Shown piece after piece: positions 13,690-28,189 of a DNA stretch of 64,000 nucleotides. The notes beneath the pieces were generated by a model that saw only the letters and a program-made list of their open reading frames with translations, was not told the origin of the DNA and made no database searches. The translations under genes were made by a program, and so were the position numbers. Source of the DNA: Epiperipatus broadwayi (lineage: Eukaryota > Animalia > Onychophora); the NCBI GenBank assembly GCA_028023455.1, contig JAQFVV010000001.1, forward strand, positions 31,248,001 through 31,312,000, given 5' to 3'. The first letter of the stretch is position 1. Each line of letters starts with the position of its first letter.

Positions 13690-13949
13690 AGCAATCTAAA
13701 TAATAAGATACTTCAAGAAAAACATCAGTCGAGCATAAAAATAATTGTATATTTTTATTAAAAATAATTAAAAAAGTAATACTTAAAAATTACTTTAATA
13801 AACAGTTATTTAAATGTTTCAAATATTTAAAATGTTAACCTGTTTTCTAATATCCTCTGCAATGCTTGCTCTTATTATTTTTATTCCAATATCATATTTT
13901 ATTGCTTTAGTTTTATATACATTTATTTTCACTTCAAATGTTCAGATAA

Positions 13950-14900
13950 TTTCCTCTTTTTATTACAGTATTTTGTTACTGTCATAGCCATTATTTGAAA
14001 ACACTGCTATGTTATCAAAAAATCAAATGCAACCTTTATAATCCAATGTCAACTCCATCAGTACTAACTAAGTCTTAGTTAAGCAGCCTATGAATGTACA
14101 ATTTCTTGCCACATATCACTTTTTACATCTATCTTATTCAGCAAAAAGAGTATTTAAATCTTATAATTATCATTTGATCATTGAACAATTTGTTTTAAAA
14201 TGTGTTTGCTTTTACTCAAAATATTTTTAAATATCCATCAAGATAATCCATTTCATTCTAACCAAATATCTTTTTATATATTGTTTTTTTTTTTTCTTAT
14301 ATATATTCCACCAGTTATTGTTCTCATTCCAACTGCATTTTTTGTCTTTCTATCTTTTCTAAATCCCAATTATTATTTAAAACAGTCATTTAATTTAATG
14401 GAAGTAAGCCTTTTAAGATCATCAATAAAATCTTAATCACATGTAAAATTAAACTAATTGTTCTACAAACTTTACATTCTATTATATTAAGAATGGTTTT
14501 TAAACATAATTATAGTCATTGAAAAAAAGCATAATGCTTATTTTATGTTATAAGTCAATTACTTTTTTCAAATTATTTTCTCTCAAAGTATTTAATTAAC
14601 TAAAAATCCATCAACTCCTTATGCTTCATTATTTTTACTATAATTTATCAAATTCATTATCATCATTATGATCTGTTTTATCCTATTTATCTGATTTTCT
14701 TTTTCAATTAACATAGATGAAAGTTTATTTTATAATGATTATCTATGCTTCACATCTATTAAATTCATGCCATTTATTGATACATCCCATTGAGTCTGTT
14801 TTCCACACTGAATTTTGTAATTTAATTCTAACTCTTAACTTACATTTTGTTTTTGATTATATTTGACTACCTTTATCAGCTTCTCTACTTTACAAAGTTT
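13950..14900 (-). pseudogene. RTE-like LINE reverse transcriptase remnant
   Basis: Minus strand: KA*GVDG (~14610-14630), CRTISLILHVIKILLMILK (~14420-14475) and GFRKDRKTKNAVGMRTI (~14320-14370) match RTE RT domains 0-2. Confidence 0.55.
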
Positions 14901-15189
14901 AAAATTTTTTTTCAACACCTTCACTTTACTATTTTATTCATTTTATTACTAATCAAATGGTTTTTTACCTTTTTTTTCAATAATTTACTAGACTACTAAA
15001 ACTTCTTGTGTATTTTCTGCCTTTTTAAAATTTTGTCTTATCAATCAGCCTATTACTTTTGACATTTAAATAAAATAAAATGTTTTTAATATAAGTTAAA
15101 AATAATATTAGAAATTTATTTTTGCCATAATTATTTTTAGATTTTTAAATATATAATTTCAACTCTATTACTGTTAAATAATTATTTAA

Positions 15190-15650
15190 ATTCATATGAT
15201 CTTCAAGATGGGCACATAAAGTCTTAATAAGATCTGGAAATCTATTCTCTATGGAATCAATGTGGAATCTATTCCATGCATTTTTTCTATGTTTTAAACT
15301 TTATTATATTAGCTATTTTATTTATAAAAATTTAATCTTTTATTTTAAATAGTCTCCTATCACCCAGTCATCACTTTTTTTTCTAATTGTGACAATGAAG
15401 TCTCCCATTCCTATTATAAAACTTTCTATGAATTTTTTTAAGTAGTTTTTTTGATACCTTTGCACACAATTTCTACATTTTGATCCATTATGCTCAATTA
15501 TGAGCATATATAATGAGTAACACCTAGGTTTCTTATAACTGCTTTAATCTGTTACTTACAAGGATAACTCTTGTTCTTTAATCTGAAACAATATGTACAT
15601 CACTGCATCTACTATTAAATTTAAAAAATAGTTGTTATACCTTGTTTTAT
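15190..15650 (-). pseudogene. CR1/L2-like RT C-terminal remnant
   Basis: Minus strand: FNSRCSDVHI, VIRNLGVT (~15520-15545) and LLRLYVPILK (~15200-15230). Weak, decayed matches. Confidence 0.4.
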
Positions 15651-16096
15651 TGTTTTCACCACAAATTAATATACAGTGTCTAGTATTTTACCTTTAACAA
15701 TAAATTTTATCTTTTCTGGATTCATAATTGTAAAACTAAATGAATTAATATAATCAATTCTGAAATTTCAACCTTTTTAAAAATAATTTTCTATTTATTT
15801 TTTCCAACCATATCACTTGTAGTTTACAATAACTCTACAATATAATTATTATAATTTTTTTTACTAATTTAATATACCACTTGTTTACAACTGTAATATT
15901 TTAATTAACTATATTACATGTGTGATAACTATGCAGAATTAAGATATTAATTAATTAAATGTTCTAAAAAGATGTATTTAATTCATTAAGTAATTACTTG
16001 AAAATTATTTATTTTTTACATTTATTAAGTAATTACTTGAAATTTTTTTTTAATAAATTTTACACATTTATTTTTTACATGTATTAAAATAATATA

Positions 16097-16952
16097 TGAG
16101 GGGTTTCCCAAAAATAACTGAAATCTTTCTCTGGTTCACATACCTAATTTAGCATATGCTTTTGCTGTTACACATTTTTTGCGAGAACCTTTCTGCATCA
16201 ATCTGCCAATGATATCTTCATGTGAATTCATGGTGCCATGTAACACATTTATTTATAAAATACATTTTATGTGTTTGGCTATTTTTATATTGATGGAAAA
16301 GTTTGAATGCAACATTCTGTTTTCATTTATAGAAAGTGGCAAAACAGACTACAAGCAAATGATCTTGTAAAAACATAAGTTTATAAATGTTTTAATTAAA
16401 ATGTTAAATTAATCACATCCCTAAAACATGACAAGTGAAGTGTAAAGTCAAAACAATTCTGGTTTTTTAAAATGCAAATAGAATATTTCTCTCACATTTA
16501 ATTCATAATGCTTACTTATTTTATCTGCAAGTTGTGGAACATTCGCATGATTGTGGTAAAATGTAAAAAGTGCAAACTTCACCCCAACAAAATGTCATTT
16601 TTTAAAGCCTTAAGTGTGAAACAATTTTTAATTAAATTCAGCGTGACCCAATTTATCTATCAGCTATAGTCACTCAACCTCATTTTATGCAATTTTTTTT
16701 ATTCTCTCAAATGAAAAAAAAAGCCTCTTTTTATGGACTTAGAAATAGGAGGTGGGGGGGGGGGTACCATAGATATTAAAAGGCATCACTTTTCAAGTGT
16801 TTTCAGACTACTTTGGAAAATGAAAAACATGTTTAGACCAGTGTACTGCATTAAGTGGACAGTAATTTGAAAGAAATAATTAAATTTATAATATTTAAAA
16901 ATAAATAGACAATTTTTATATAAAATTCCAGTTACTTTTGGATACCCCATCA
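16097..16952 (+). mobile_element. Internally deleted mariner (Tc1/mariner) DNA transposon
   Basis: TA followed by TIR tgaggggtttcccaaaaataactgaaa at 16097; complementary TIR ttccagttacttttggataccccatca ending at 16952. Transposase fragments KVKTILVF, KALSVKQFLIKFSVTQ..*SLNLILCNF (YSPDLAPCDF-like) and GQ*FERNN*. Confidence 0.8.
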
Positions 16953-18899
16953 TGTGTGTATTTATATGTTGCAAAATTTTATTATTATAATTTTTTTTTT
17001 TTTTTAATATTTATTAATAAAGAAATAGTAATACTTTCATTGATCTGGAATATTTTTATCTAATTAAAAAACTATTTACTAATCAAGTATAAACAAATAA
17101 AAGAAATACAATAAAATACTATTTCCAATTATTATTTCTCTTAGTTATTGTTATAGTTGGATGTATTCGATACTGAATTTTAATCATGTGTTATGGAGAA
17201 GGGGTGGGAGATAAAGAAAAATAATTTTGCCTTTGCCATAAATATTCATAGTCTAAATGAATTGTCTATTTTTTTCTACAAAGTTTTAGCACTAATATTG
17301 AAAATGATTACTAAATATCAGATGAAACTACAGTCTTACAAAAGGAAAAGTAAGTTAAGTAAAATTATAGTTTTTATATATATGCTAAAATACAGAACAA
17401 AAACATTTATTTAAAATTTGTTTAGCCATATTTATTTATTCAAATTTAATAACAAAATCGAGTATAGTATTTGTTAGTCATACATAATTTTGTTTGCTGA
17501 AGATATTGCAGGATGAGTGGATAAATTTTTTTTTGTATCATCTTATCTTTTAATCTATAACCATTCTAAATATCAGTATGTGTTGCTAACTCATAGATAT
17601 ACAAGTCTTTTTTCATAAAAGAATTTATAAAAAAATAATAACGAGCTGATCCCAAAGGTTTTAATTAAATCCACATTTAAAAATACTGTTGGAAATCTTT
17701 AATAGCTTGATTGTAAATTCTTATTAAATTTATCTATGGGTCAAGAAAGAAATATTTTTCTACTATTATAAACAAATAAATCACTTAAAAGAAATCCTAA
17801 AGCCACAAGCATTAAATTATTTGTTTAAAGAAATTGAACTTTATAATTTTTATGATAAATTTGCCATTGATATTATCAAAATTGTTAAAAGATAGAACTT
17901 TATAGTGATAACTAACAATTCTGAAGATATTATTTTTAATAAGGTATGATTCATTATTATATATTTTGATATGATAAACAAATGGCTTTATTATTTAGGA
18001 GTTCATATGAAGTTTTTATAAATGCCAAAACTGGAATCATCCATTAAACGTATGCTCCAGTTTCTGACTCCCAATGCAGGACAAATTGAATGGTTTTATT
18101 GATTGGCAGTTCATAAGAAGTTTGAATTTCAGAAAGCTCCAGATTTGAAATTAATTTTAAAACTATATTCTCCAGAATCTGACTCCATTATTGCACTAAA
18201 CCTATATTTAAAGTTAGCTTTAAAATATTAATTTGTAACTTACAAATTATGTTTTTATATACATTTTATGTATTGATTTGTCAGAAGTATTTTATTTCAT
18301 TATTGCTCTAAACATTTATCTACTATTGGAAAGTAATAATTCACCTTTTCAGATATTTAGAATTATTGATTATAAATAAGACTTAGAAAATAGATCGCAC
18401 TTATAGAATTGTATTAAAAAATACATTCATTTTATTATTTCATTGTCATTATGCAAATATCAAGTTCATATATATATATAATATTAACCTTTCATTCATT
18501 GTATGTATTACTTTTGTTAAATTTAGAATCTTTTTTATTTTCTTGCTTCATATTTTCAAATTATTTATTTTATCATTATTATTGAAGTTCATTTATTTTT
18601 CTTTTTTTTTTATCAAAAAAAAAACGTTTATTTTAATTTATTATTTACATCGAAACTTTTAAAAAAAATTTATAATTATATAGAATAATGAACTAATAGT
18701 ACAATTGCTTATGAGCTAAATCGCCCAGAGTAAACATTAAACCAAACGAATATAACTATGTTAATATGCTAATAATACAAGTAATTTCTTATAAGCACAA
18801 TTTACCTAAAGTCATTTTACAAAATAACTTTTAAAACTACGTTTTTGAAGGAATTATTCAAAATCATTAAACAATGTCTTTATAATTATGTTCTTGCAA

Positions 18900-20575
18900 T
18901 TTTATTAATATCTATTAGCTCCCATGTACACTTTATCATTGTTTGCATGACAATCTGATAGTCTTTCTTTAATTGCTTTTATTTTTTTTGATAAATACTA
19001 TTAAATGATCCAAACAAGAGTGAACACTGAGTATATAAAAAGAAGGTGACACTTCTTATTTTCCCAAAATTGCCCGAACTAATATTCTGAATCAGTGTCA
19101 TCATCAATGGGTCTTTTTTTTTTTTGAAAATTGAATGAATTACCATTCTGTAGTCATTCAATTTAATACATCTGTTAAAAATGTGTCTCTAGTCTTTTCT
19201 TCTATACCACATAGAGTACCCTTATCATCAATTGACTTGTAACCTCTTTTTTTTTTAGCAAAAAGGTACATGTGGGAAGTGCATCAAGATTTACCATCAC
19301 CAAAAAATTAAAGTATTTTGACTCCAGGCACCACCAATTAAATTTTTTTAAAAAGGCAAATATGGTTATATTAAGAGTTGAACTTATTGAAACGAGTGAA
19401 TCATAAATGAGATTATAAGCCTCCCAGTATCTAATTTTTGTGGATTTGGCCTGATTTAGAATTAAATTCATTTTTGTAATATCAGTTAATAAATCAAAGA
19501 GCCAATAATTTTTCCTAGAGGGGAGTATCTAAGGGCAACATATCAACTAGGAAGAAGTTTTGTGGAATTATATTGTTAAGTCTATAAAACAGATTGAAAG
19601 CACACTGGAGCCAAAATACCTGTAGATAATGTAGCCCTAGGCCATTCAATTTAGTAGGAATTTGCATCTTCTGGAGTCTAATCATTAAAAGTTCTGCCTC
19701 ACGACAAGAGGCAAGAACAAATCGAGTTGATGCTGTGAATGAATTTTCCAGTGAGTTTCACAAATGGCACGAAGAAAGTGATACCCAGGAATAATAACTT
19801 ATTAAGGAGGGCCATCTTGGCATATAAGGAGGTGTATACTTTTCTCAAAGAAGCAGTGATTTTGTTAGCAGCTGTCATTATTGAGTTTTGAACTTCCCTC
19901 TTCATTGCTGAAGGTGAGAGATTAAAGGCCATGCTGAGAAACTTGGGGGGTTTAGCTGTGAAGTGGGAAGGGATGCCATCACCTGAGGAAAATCTCCATG
20001 CCAGTGACTTCTCCAAATTGAAGCATAATCCTGATTCACTAGACAATTGTGTCATTAATTTCATGAGCCCAAGGATGTACTTACAGGATGGTAAAAACAC
20101 TGCCAGGTCATCCATGTATGAGTTTGTGATATATGTACTTTTTAATACTGCGACTGAAAACTACAGGAAGATGCTGTTCAATGGATATTAGGAAGGAGTT
20201 CATTTATAAAATAAATAAGACAGCACTCAGAGGAGAGCTTGAAGGATATATTTAGTTGGGGTGAAAGATTTAGATAATTTGCCATTCAATGATATAGAGA
20301 TCTGCATATTCATCAGAAGATTAGAAATAATATCAATATCACTGAAAGGAGGGTCCAGTTTACCCAGTGCCTGAACAAGGTGTGGGATATTGACAGAGTC
20401 AAATGCTCTATAATGTCCAGCTGCACAACAATGGATTTGGATCTTTTATGTCTTCTTGCATCATCTATTATTAACTTAAAGCCTTCACAGTAGATGCTCC
20501 TTTGTTTGGCAAACGGGAAGGTCAATATATGTGTCAGTATCTTATCCTGGAGTGGTGTCATAGATAATAAGGTCC
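18900..20575 (-). pseudogene. R2-superfamily (RLE-type) non-LTR retrotransposon, RT to CCHC region, 5' truncated; exact clade not determined
   Basis: KQRSIYCEG..IIDDARRHKR..IVVQLDI..SISH; ISLNGKLSKSF..LQAPLS; YMDDLAVF at 20107-20118; GLCFNLEKS; NLDALPT; then C...RHIFNRC zinc knuckle at ~19165-19260. Confidence 0.82.
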
Positions 20576-23500
20576 ATAAACATGTTTTAGAGAAAAGGTA
20601 GTGCCTTAATATAATGCATTAAAAATATTTATGTTAACTTATACATATATACAATATAATGCATTTTTAAAAATACAGATGAATATATTATTCAACATTA
20701 TATACATTTTAATTATAAGATTAGTTTTACTTATATGATAATCTGTTCTTTTACAATACATTTATATAATTTAAAAATTTTCAGTACTAAATAACTATAA
20801 TAAATTTTTAAAAGCTTACATATATATTCACCATAATGTAAAAAAATATTGAGTATTAATATTCAAATCATTATTTTGCTTTTTTTGTTTGCCATAGTAA
20901 TTTAAATATTAGCACTTGTAATATTGTTTTATATTAAGTTAGCTTTATAGTAAGAAATACTCAGGCTTTTAGAAATATATATTGTAATGGTAAGAATTGT
21001 TCCTCCATATAACAAAATCTAGAACACAGGCAAAATACACTAAAGCTGATCGAATCTGGATGCTGGGATCCAGAATCTGACCAACATTTCAACCTTTCAC
21101 CCCTTCTCAATGATCTAATACACTATGGATGATACTTCCCAAGTTACACAGATATTCAATTTAACCACGGTCTGGCAGTCAACCAGGGTGGAACAAGAGA
21201 CTCATAAATTAACTAACTTAACACTGATTTGGTCAGATATGCACACATATAACTAAGTGATAATTATAGAATCTAATAGAATGATCTACATATATATATA
21301 TATATAATGTATGTACAAATAAATATAGATGATGTATGTACAAATAAATATAGAGTTGGATAAAAATGAATTCATGGACAATAAAGATATGAAAATGAGT
21401 TATCTTTTAAATAATATTAATTTAATAAATAAAATAAAAGATAGTAAAACTAAAATATACAAAATTATATAGTTGGAATGTGAAAGATTACACACACAGG
21501 CATTGCATAACAAATGAAATTAATGTTACATGTTATCTCATCAAAAAGTGTTCAATAAAGTGTAATGCGGTATTTAAGTTTATGCCTATATTAATATGCC
21601 AAATTTGTAGCTCTAGGGTAGTCTGCTAAATCATATGGAACTAAATAGCCAAAGTCAAATAACTAACTTAATGGTGCTCCTGTAGTATCTATCTATACCA
21701 AGTTAAGTTGAGCACATAATCAGGCTCAGAGATACTCAGATTAGCATGTTAACCTAGATTAGGATATACACTGATGCTGTATAAGTGTTTGATATAAAGG
21801 GGGAGAACACTGGTTTATTATAGGTTTACCTATATACCCTATGGCACATATTAAAATATTAATAAAACTAGAAGGTGTGAATGGGTCATTATTCATGGGC
21901 TTCAGCATCAAATGCTCTGTTGTACTACAACCGATCAACTTGCTATGAATAAGAACATTAATAGTTCAGGGAGTTGGATAAGCAAGAATTACAATAATCT
22001 GGATCCTTGTGCTCCAGTTCTAAAAGAGTGTGCTTTACCTGAACTAAGTGGATAAGCATGACCTCCACCAGCAAATCATCAAGAATCATGCAGAAAGCAA
22101 TTAATTGTACATTGTGTACTTAGTAAGGACACATCCACAATTTATACATATATATTACACAAACACGTAAAATTATCTTAGTGTGCCTTAAAAATAGATA
22201 GTGTCTGTTTGCATATCTATACAACCCAGTTCTCAAATTTAGTATTTCAAATAGGGGCTAACTTAATTTGTAACCTAGTTTAAGATTATCACCTGTGTTT
22301 CTAACATATATAAATCTAAGAAGGAAAAAGCATATTTGCAGGGTAAGTATAGATAAAACATTAAAAATATGCTTTGAGAATATCTCTGTGACTAGTTCCT
22401 AAGATGTACGAGTTACATATATAGATAGTTATAATTTATAACTAGAGTTAAACAAACTACAATTTTAACTAGAGTACTACTGATTATTATAATATTAATA
22501 CCCAAAATTAATCAATAAAATAATAACATGAGCTTGGAACAGCGAGTGCAAAAAATAGTAATTCAATTATTTAATATTTATTATAGTGAAGATTTGAAAT
22601 TATCTTCACAGAGCAATAAGCTAAAATTATACTTATAAATACTTGAGGTTTCAAGTTATTTGGCATATTTAATACATATAATATTATAATGATAAAATTA
22701 TAGAATAAATTGAATAGATCAGAAATAGACATAAAAGACCGCAGAAAATTATACATTTAGTTTAAAATAGATTATTGTAGTTTTACATTTTAAAAGAGAA
22801 TTTAATATTACAAGTTTTACAATCAGAGAAGATTCAAACATTAGAGTTTAACATCTTTCTTTGCAGATTTAGAAAAGGTGTTTGTAAAGGCACGTTTAAT
22901 AAATAGCTTTTTTTTAAAATAGAGAATAGAAAGTCACAGTTTATGAACAGAGCTCTGAGGAAAAATTTACCGGTCAGTTGTTATCATTGCAGTTCTGGGC
23001 ACTTGGGACACTAATAAGTTGACACTTTTTGTTATGATATAGCATTAACAGAGGTTCTTCCACAGGCTGCTTGGCTAAGATATGGCTCATCATGTTTTGT
23101 CAGACCAAAGTTTTTTCCACCCCTGCAGGAGAGAGGTGGATAATCACCTGCTTTACCCCATCATTTTAAAGATAAAATGAATGTAAATTTGGTTTACAAT
23201 TCACTTATTAAATATACATAACTTTTTCTCTGGCCACAAAACTTGAAGTATTTATATTTTTCTTAACTCTGCCCACTTGGTTATTTTTACAAACTTAATC
23301 ATAGTTAAAAAACCCATTAATTGATTTTAGAAAAACATATTTAATTACTAAAAGTAATTTAGATTTTGTTTTTCTACCTTTTCACCCTGTAGTTTATTAT
23401 CACAAATCTATAAAATTCTGAGAATTGTCATTAAAATTTTAGATTTATAAAATCAAGTTCACGCTATTTTAAGACTATTGCATGACCTTATTTAAAAGTT

Positions 23501-24549
23501 GTTTATAAGTAAAACTAAAAGCTGATTTTATAATTAGTATAAAACTAATTTTATTGCTATATATGTGGAATAACAAGTCGGAAACTTGCCTATATACATA
23601 TGTGATTTCAGTAATATAACCACAAAATTGACTAATAATTTAGACTAAAATACTTCTTAAACTAGAAATATTTAAAAATGAACACATATCTGTAATATAT
23701 ACATATATTATTAAGTTACAGACATACCATTTGCATATATATGTATGATCCTGCATATATAGTAATTTAAGATTGTTTAAACAGGTACTCTGAGAGGGTT
23801 TAAACCTGGCATAGAGATAGGTGTTGGAGTAAAATACATGAAACAGGAAGGTGGAGTAACTGACTGTTTCAATGTATATGTTTCATTAAAACTATGTATG
23901 TACAATTTATAATATATATATATCAAAAGTCACATCACCAAAAATAAAATTAATTTTTGGTTTTATTAAATTTTTAACAAGAAAGTGTTTGAAAGTTTGT
24001 TTATAAGACGACACGTATTGACACACATACTCATTTATGTTTTTTAAAAATGACATTTTATTTGTTGTGTTATAAAATCGATTTCTAAAATAGTTTCTTT
24101 TACTGCTTGCTTTTATTTTTTTATCAAATTAATTAAAGCTGGTGAACTTTCAATTGAATTCTTGTTTGTTTATAATTTATCTCAACTAAGCTGAGATTTG
24201 TTTTAAATATTTTTGAATTAATTATAAATAAAATTAACCCTGGGGAGAATCTTTAATTAGGATTAAGACTGAGATAAAGTTTCTCTGTTGAAAAAACAAC
24301 TAATTAAAAATAAAAATAAAATATTTTTGGAAAGATAAAAGCTCTTATAAATAGACCTGGGATTGCAGGTTGATTATTCTCCAGCTATTGTTATTGATGC
24401 TGCTTGTTAGTGTTTCTGCAACTTGTAATACACCAATTTTATTGTTGTGCTGTTATAATTTCTTCAATGCCAAAACTACATGCAAGGAAAAACTGCTTCA
24501 ATAGTATTTTCACCATGACAGGCTAGGCCAACTTAAAAAATGGATCCTG

Positions 24550-25400
24550 GAGCCAAATTGTTCTGAAAAATCATGTCATAAGAACTCAAATCGAAATTGT
24601 TCTCCAACATTGCCTCATGCCTTCTTATAAAAACAAAAGCCTAAAATCTTTGCTGGAGTTCCCCATGGAATGAACTTAATATACCATGCTGGAAGACATC
24701 AGCTAATTGTAAATTTATACCTCAAGATAACATGTTTCTTTTATTCTTTCCAGGGCAAAATTTTAAGTCTCAGCTTAATCTTAAAATAACCTATTTATTA
24801 TATCATGTATTTATTAAATTTAAAAATATTTAGCACATGTATTCTGTTTCATTTTCATTGTATTTTACAGTGTATCTTGCAATTTTAGTTTTAAGAAAGA
24901 TTCCAAGTTTGCTTTCAATTTCATTTATTAGAGGGTGTATTGTGACACTATACATTATATGCTTATCCTGCCTTTTGTCTTATTATTAACTATTTCTGAA
25001 TCCTTTAGCATTTTTTTTTGTAATTTTAATTTGCTCACCTGTACTTATTTTATTGTCCAATAATTGATTTAAATTACTGTGTTTGTGCTTTTTGCAAACC
25101 ACAAAATCTGATGGCTGGTGGTTTATCATATTTATTGTTCTGGTTTTCCATAGTTGAAGATTTTGTTTTTTCTTTCCTAGATTACGTAAAATTGTAATCA
25201 TATTTTTCTTTTGTCTTGCATGTGAAATTGGCCTTGAATTGCTTTAAATGCATTGTTCTGGGGCAAGAGATGCTTGTTGATGCTGTTTCATCGTTTTCCT
25301 ACAAGACTGTATATTTTTAATATATCTCTGAATCTGGAAACTAGAATTGTTGTTCTTTTATAAATCACGAGCAGGAAGATAATATTAATTCCCTTTATAA
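24550..25400 (-). pseudogene. Penelope-like RT remnant
   Basis: Minus strand PPAIRFCGLQKAQ (~25085-25125) matches P..PRFYGLPKIHK. Downstream SMGNS (~24655-24670) resembles RT motif B. No YxDD identified. Confidence 0.45.
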
Positions 25401-25747
25401 ATTATAAGTGAATGAATGTTCCTTTCTGCTAAGCATTTAATATTTTATTAGTTTCATCGCATATACACTCTCTGATAAAATAACTTACAAAAATCTAGGA
25501 CAATGTTTATATTTTCTTAGCTACATTTATTTAACTGTTTATCTTTTTGCTTTAAATCTATGTGTTAAACTTTATATTACTGTTAATAAAATTTTCAAAT
25601 TGTTTAAGCTTAATTTGGCTGATGTTTGTCTTAGTACTGTTATTTCTCAATTGTCTGAACAATATTTAATATTTCTTACTTCTCCCTGAATTATTCGGTG
25701 CAAACCACCATCCTCATTCACCTTTGATTATAGTAAATAAATTTTCC

Positions 25748-26128
25748 ATGTGATGTGATGTACTGTAGCTTCTCCTTAAATAGAGTCAAGAATCTCTCAG
25801 CAATTATGGCCAGAGAAACCTGTTAACCACTTTATTTTCCATTCTCCAGTCTAAGTTTTCCCATTTTCTGCTCCATCCCATTTCCACAGCATAATCTTTG
25901 TCAATTCTATGGCCTTTATATCTAAATCCCCCTTATCTTTTCCCAAACCCAGCATAAAAACCAATAATCCACTTTTTGTATAATCACTTTTTTCATGTTT
26001 ATTCTTCCATAACTTCATTATATGTACCTTTTCTGTTTTCAAGCATTTACATTCAATTAACAGATGCCTAATCATTTCTATTCCTTCCTTACATAATTTA
26101 CAGACTAAATCACCCATATTTTCCCATT
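25748..26128 (-). mobile_element. 5'-truncated LINE 3' end with CCHC knuckle and (ACATC)n tail
   Basis: ORF 25851-26168 contains CKLCKEGIEMIRHLLIEC. Highly similar to 40420-40800. Tail tgtgatgtgatgt at ~25749-25761. Confidence 0.85.
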
Positions 26129-26821
26129 TACATTCTGATGATCCAGATACACAGTTATCTGGTGGCACTGTCTGTAATCAATGATGGATTGAGTGACCAT
26201 TACAATATATATATATCACCTTTCATAAAAGAATTAAAAACTGTTATTTTGCTTATTGATTATAATGGTACCCTTATTTAAGATTTCCTAAATGGTCTTG
26301 ATCCTTGAGTACTTGATGTATACTATATTTATTACTAAAATCATATAAATATTTATTTGTAATACTATGTATGGATTCACTTTTCAAAAGATAGAAAAAT
26401 TAATATAAAATTACATATAAAATTTATATATATATATATATTGTAATCTACTTTGCATAATATTGATACAGAAAATTTGTTACCAAGTAACTAGATATAA
26501 AAAACTTATTGAAATGAATGAGAATATAATTTTTAAATTAATTACTCAATAAATTGTATATAAAAAAATCAAGCAATGATAAAAGCCCAGCCAAAATAAT
26601 ATAATATTAATAATCATATATCTTATTGACTAGATACTTAAAACTACCATCAAGAAAAAAAAATCATATACAAAAATATATTTATTATCTATGCATAGCA
26701 ACATTTATTTTTATTGTACTATTTTTAGTAATACTGCATTATACTAAGTTTCATTAACTGAAAGGAGACTATTTGATTTCTTTTTGAACTTTTATAATAA
26801 CCAAATAGGACAAATTCTTAA

Positions 26822-26889
26822 TATCCATATTATATGTTCTTATTTTTGCAATTGTTATCCATATTATATGTTCTTATTTTTGCAATTGT
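26822..26889 (+). repeat. Perfect 34-bp tandem duplication
   Basis: tatccatattatatgttcttatttttgcaattgt occurs twice with no gap. Confidence 0.95.
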
Positions 26890-28189
26890 AATCTGTACAG
26901 GATTATTTACAAGGATATAGAAAAACTGCTCATCTATTTGCATCAGACAGTGTCACGAGTTTATTGGCTTTTAACTCAGACTTTAAATTCAAGTAAATAT
27001 TAGGATCTCAGAAATCTGAAAAACATTAGCTGTGTTTTTTGAAAGTAAAATAAATAGTTATAAATATATGTGTAATAACTGGAACACACAGTCTTATTAT
27101 ATACCCGTGTTTATATATGTAATATATAGGGTAAGCAGATTTTGTTTGTATATATAAAACTAGATAAAAAAAAAAAATTACAATCTTCATTTTCTTTACA
27201 TTTTTAAGCATAAGAAAATCTTTTAGCTTTACTCAATGATTTTCCATCCATTAAAAAAATGCAACATCAAAAGTTTAAAAAAAATTCTTCATGATAAATA
27301 GTGGAGAAAATGTAGAAAATGCTAAATATTCTCTGCTTGTGGATCCAGAATACCATGTGATGATTGCTTTTTGTTTAGTGACTTATAATTGAAGACACTT
27401 TTACATAGATGAAATCCAGAAACTTTGAAAGTGCTTAGCGCAGATAAACATAATTTTTACAATATAAACTTCTATATAAAACTAAAAGCGTGTGAAGCTA
27501 TAGAGAATGCAAAAATAAACTATAGAGAGTGCAAATATAAACTTCTCTAACATAAGCGTGTTAGTGCAGAATTATTCATATTACAAGTATATTTAATATT
27601 AAAAAAAATAAACAAATTAATAGTTTAGGAATCATAAATCTTTATTAAAAAAGATTTTTTAATTTTTCTTTTTTTTTTCATTCTTCTGAAAGAAGACACT
27701 CTAACTCGCTTAACAATCATCTTATGATCTGTATTTCTCTCATTAATATATAATGCAGAATTAAGACATTTTATTTTTTTACTCTTCTTTTATAAACCTT
27801 TGCTCTTTCATTTAAACTCAGATTACTTTATTTTATATAGAATTTTTTTTACAAAAAAACATGGAATAATATAAACAATTTCAGATAAGATGTTATTCTA
27901 AATTATTTAATGAATATTATAAAAGAGAAAATTGATATTTTATATATTATTTTTTTATTTTTATAAGAAATTATATATAGGGTAAAAGTAATTAAAACAT
28001 GAATTGTAATTGTGATCAAATAATATGGTATGTATTTGTTTTATATTATTTTGCACTTGATAAGTCTATCCTGGTAGAAAAACCATTGATAGTGAATTTT
28101 TAATTTGATTTTAAATTAATTTAATTTTTAATTGCTATATTTGGTCTATATATGTGTGCATATAGAATGCTTATGATTAGATTAAAAAT

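Noticed and set aside
21600-22100. GC-richer block with ILDDLLV on the minus strand (possible LTR/DIRS RT)
   Set aside because: No flanking RT motifs at the expected spacing.
26134-26168. CTGATGA followed by a 7-bp hairpin (ccagata/tatctgg)
   Set aside because: Followed by TGGC rather than GAAA, with no stem I; not a hammerhead.
27250-27440. IPCDDCFLF as a possible mariner YSPDLAPCDF remnant
   Set aside because: A single weak motif with no TIRs.
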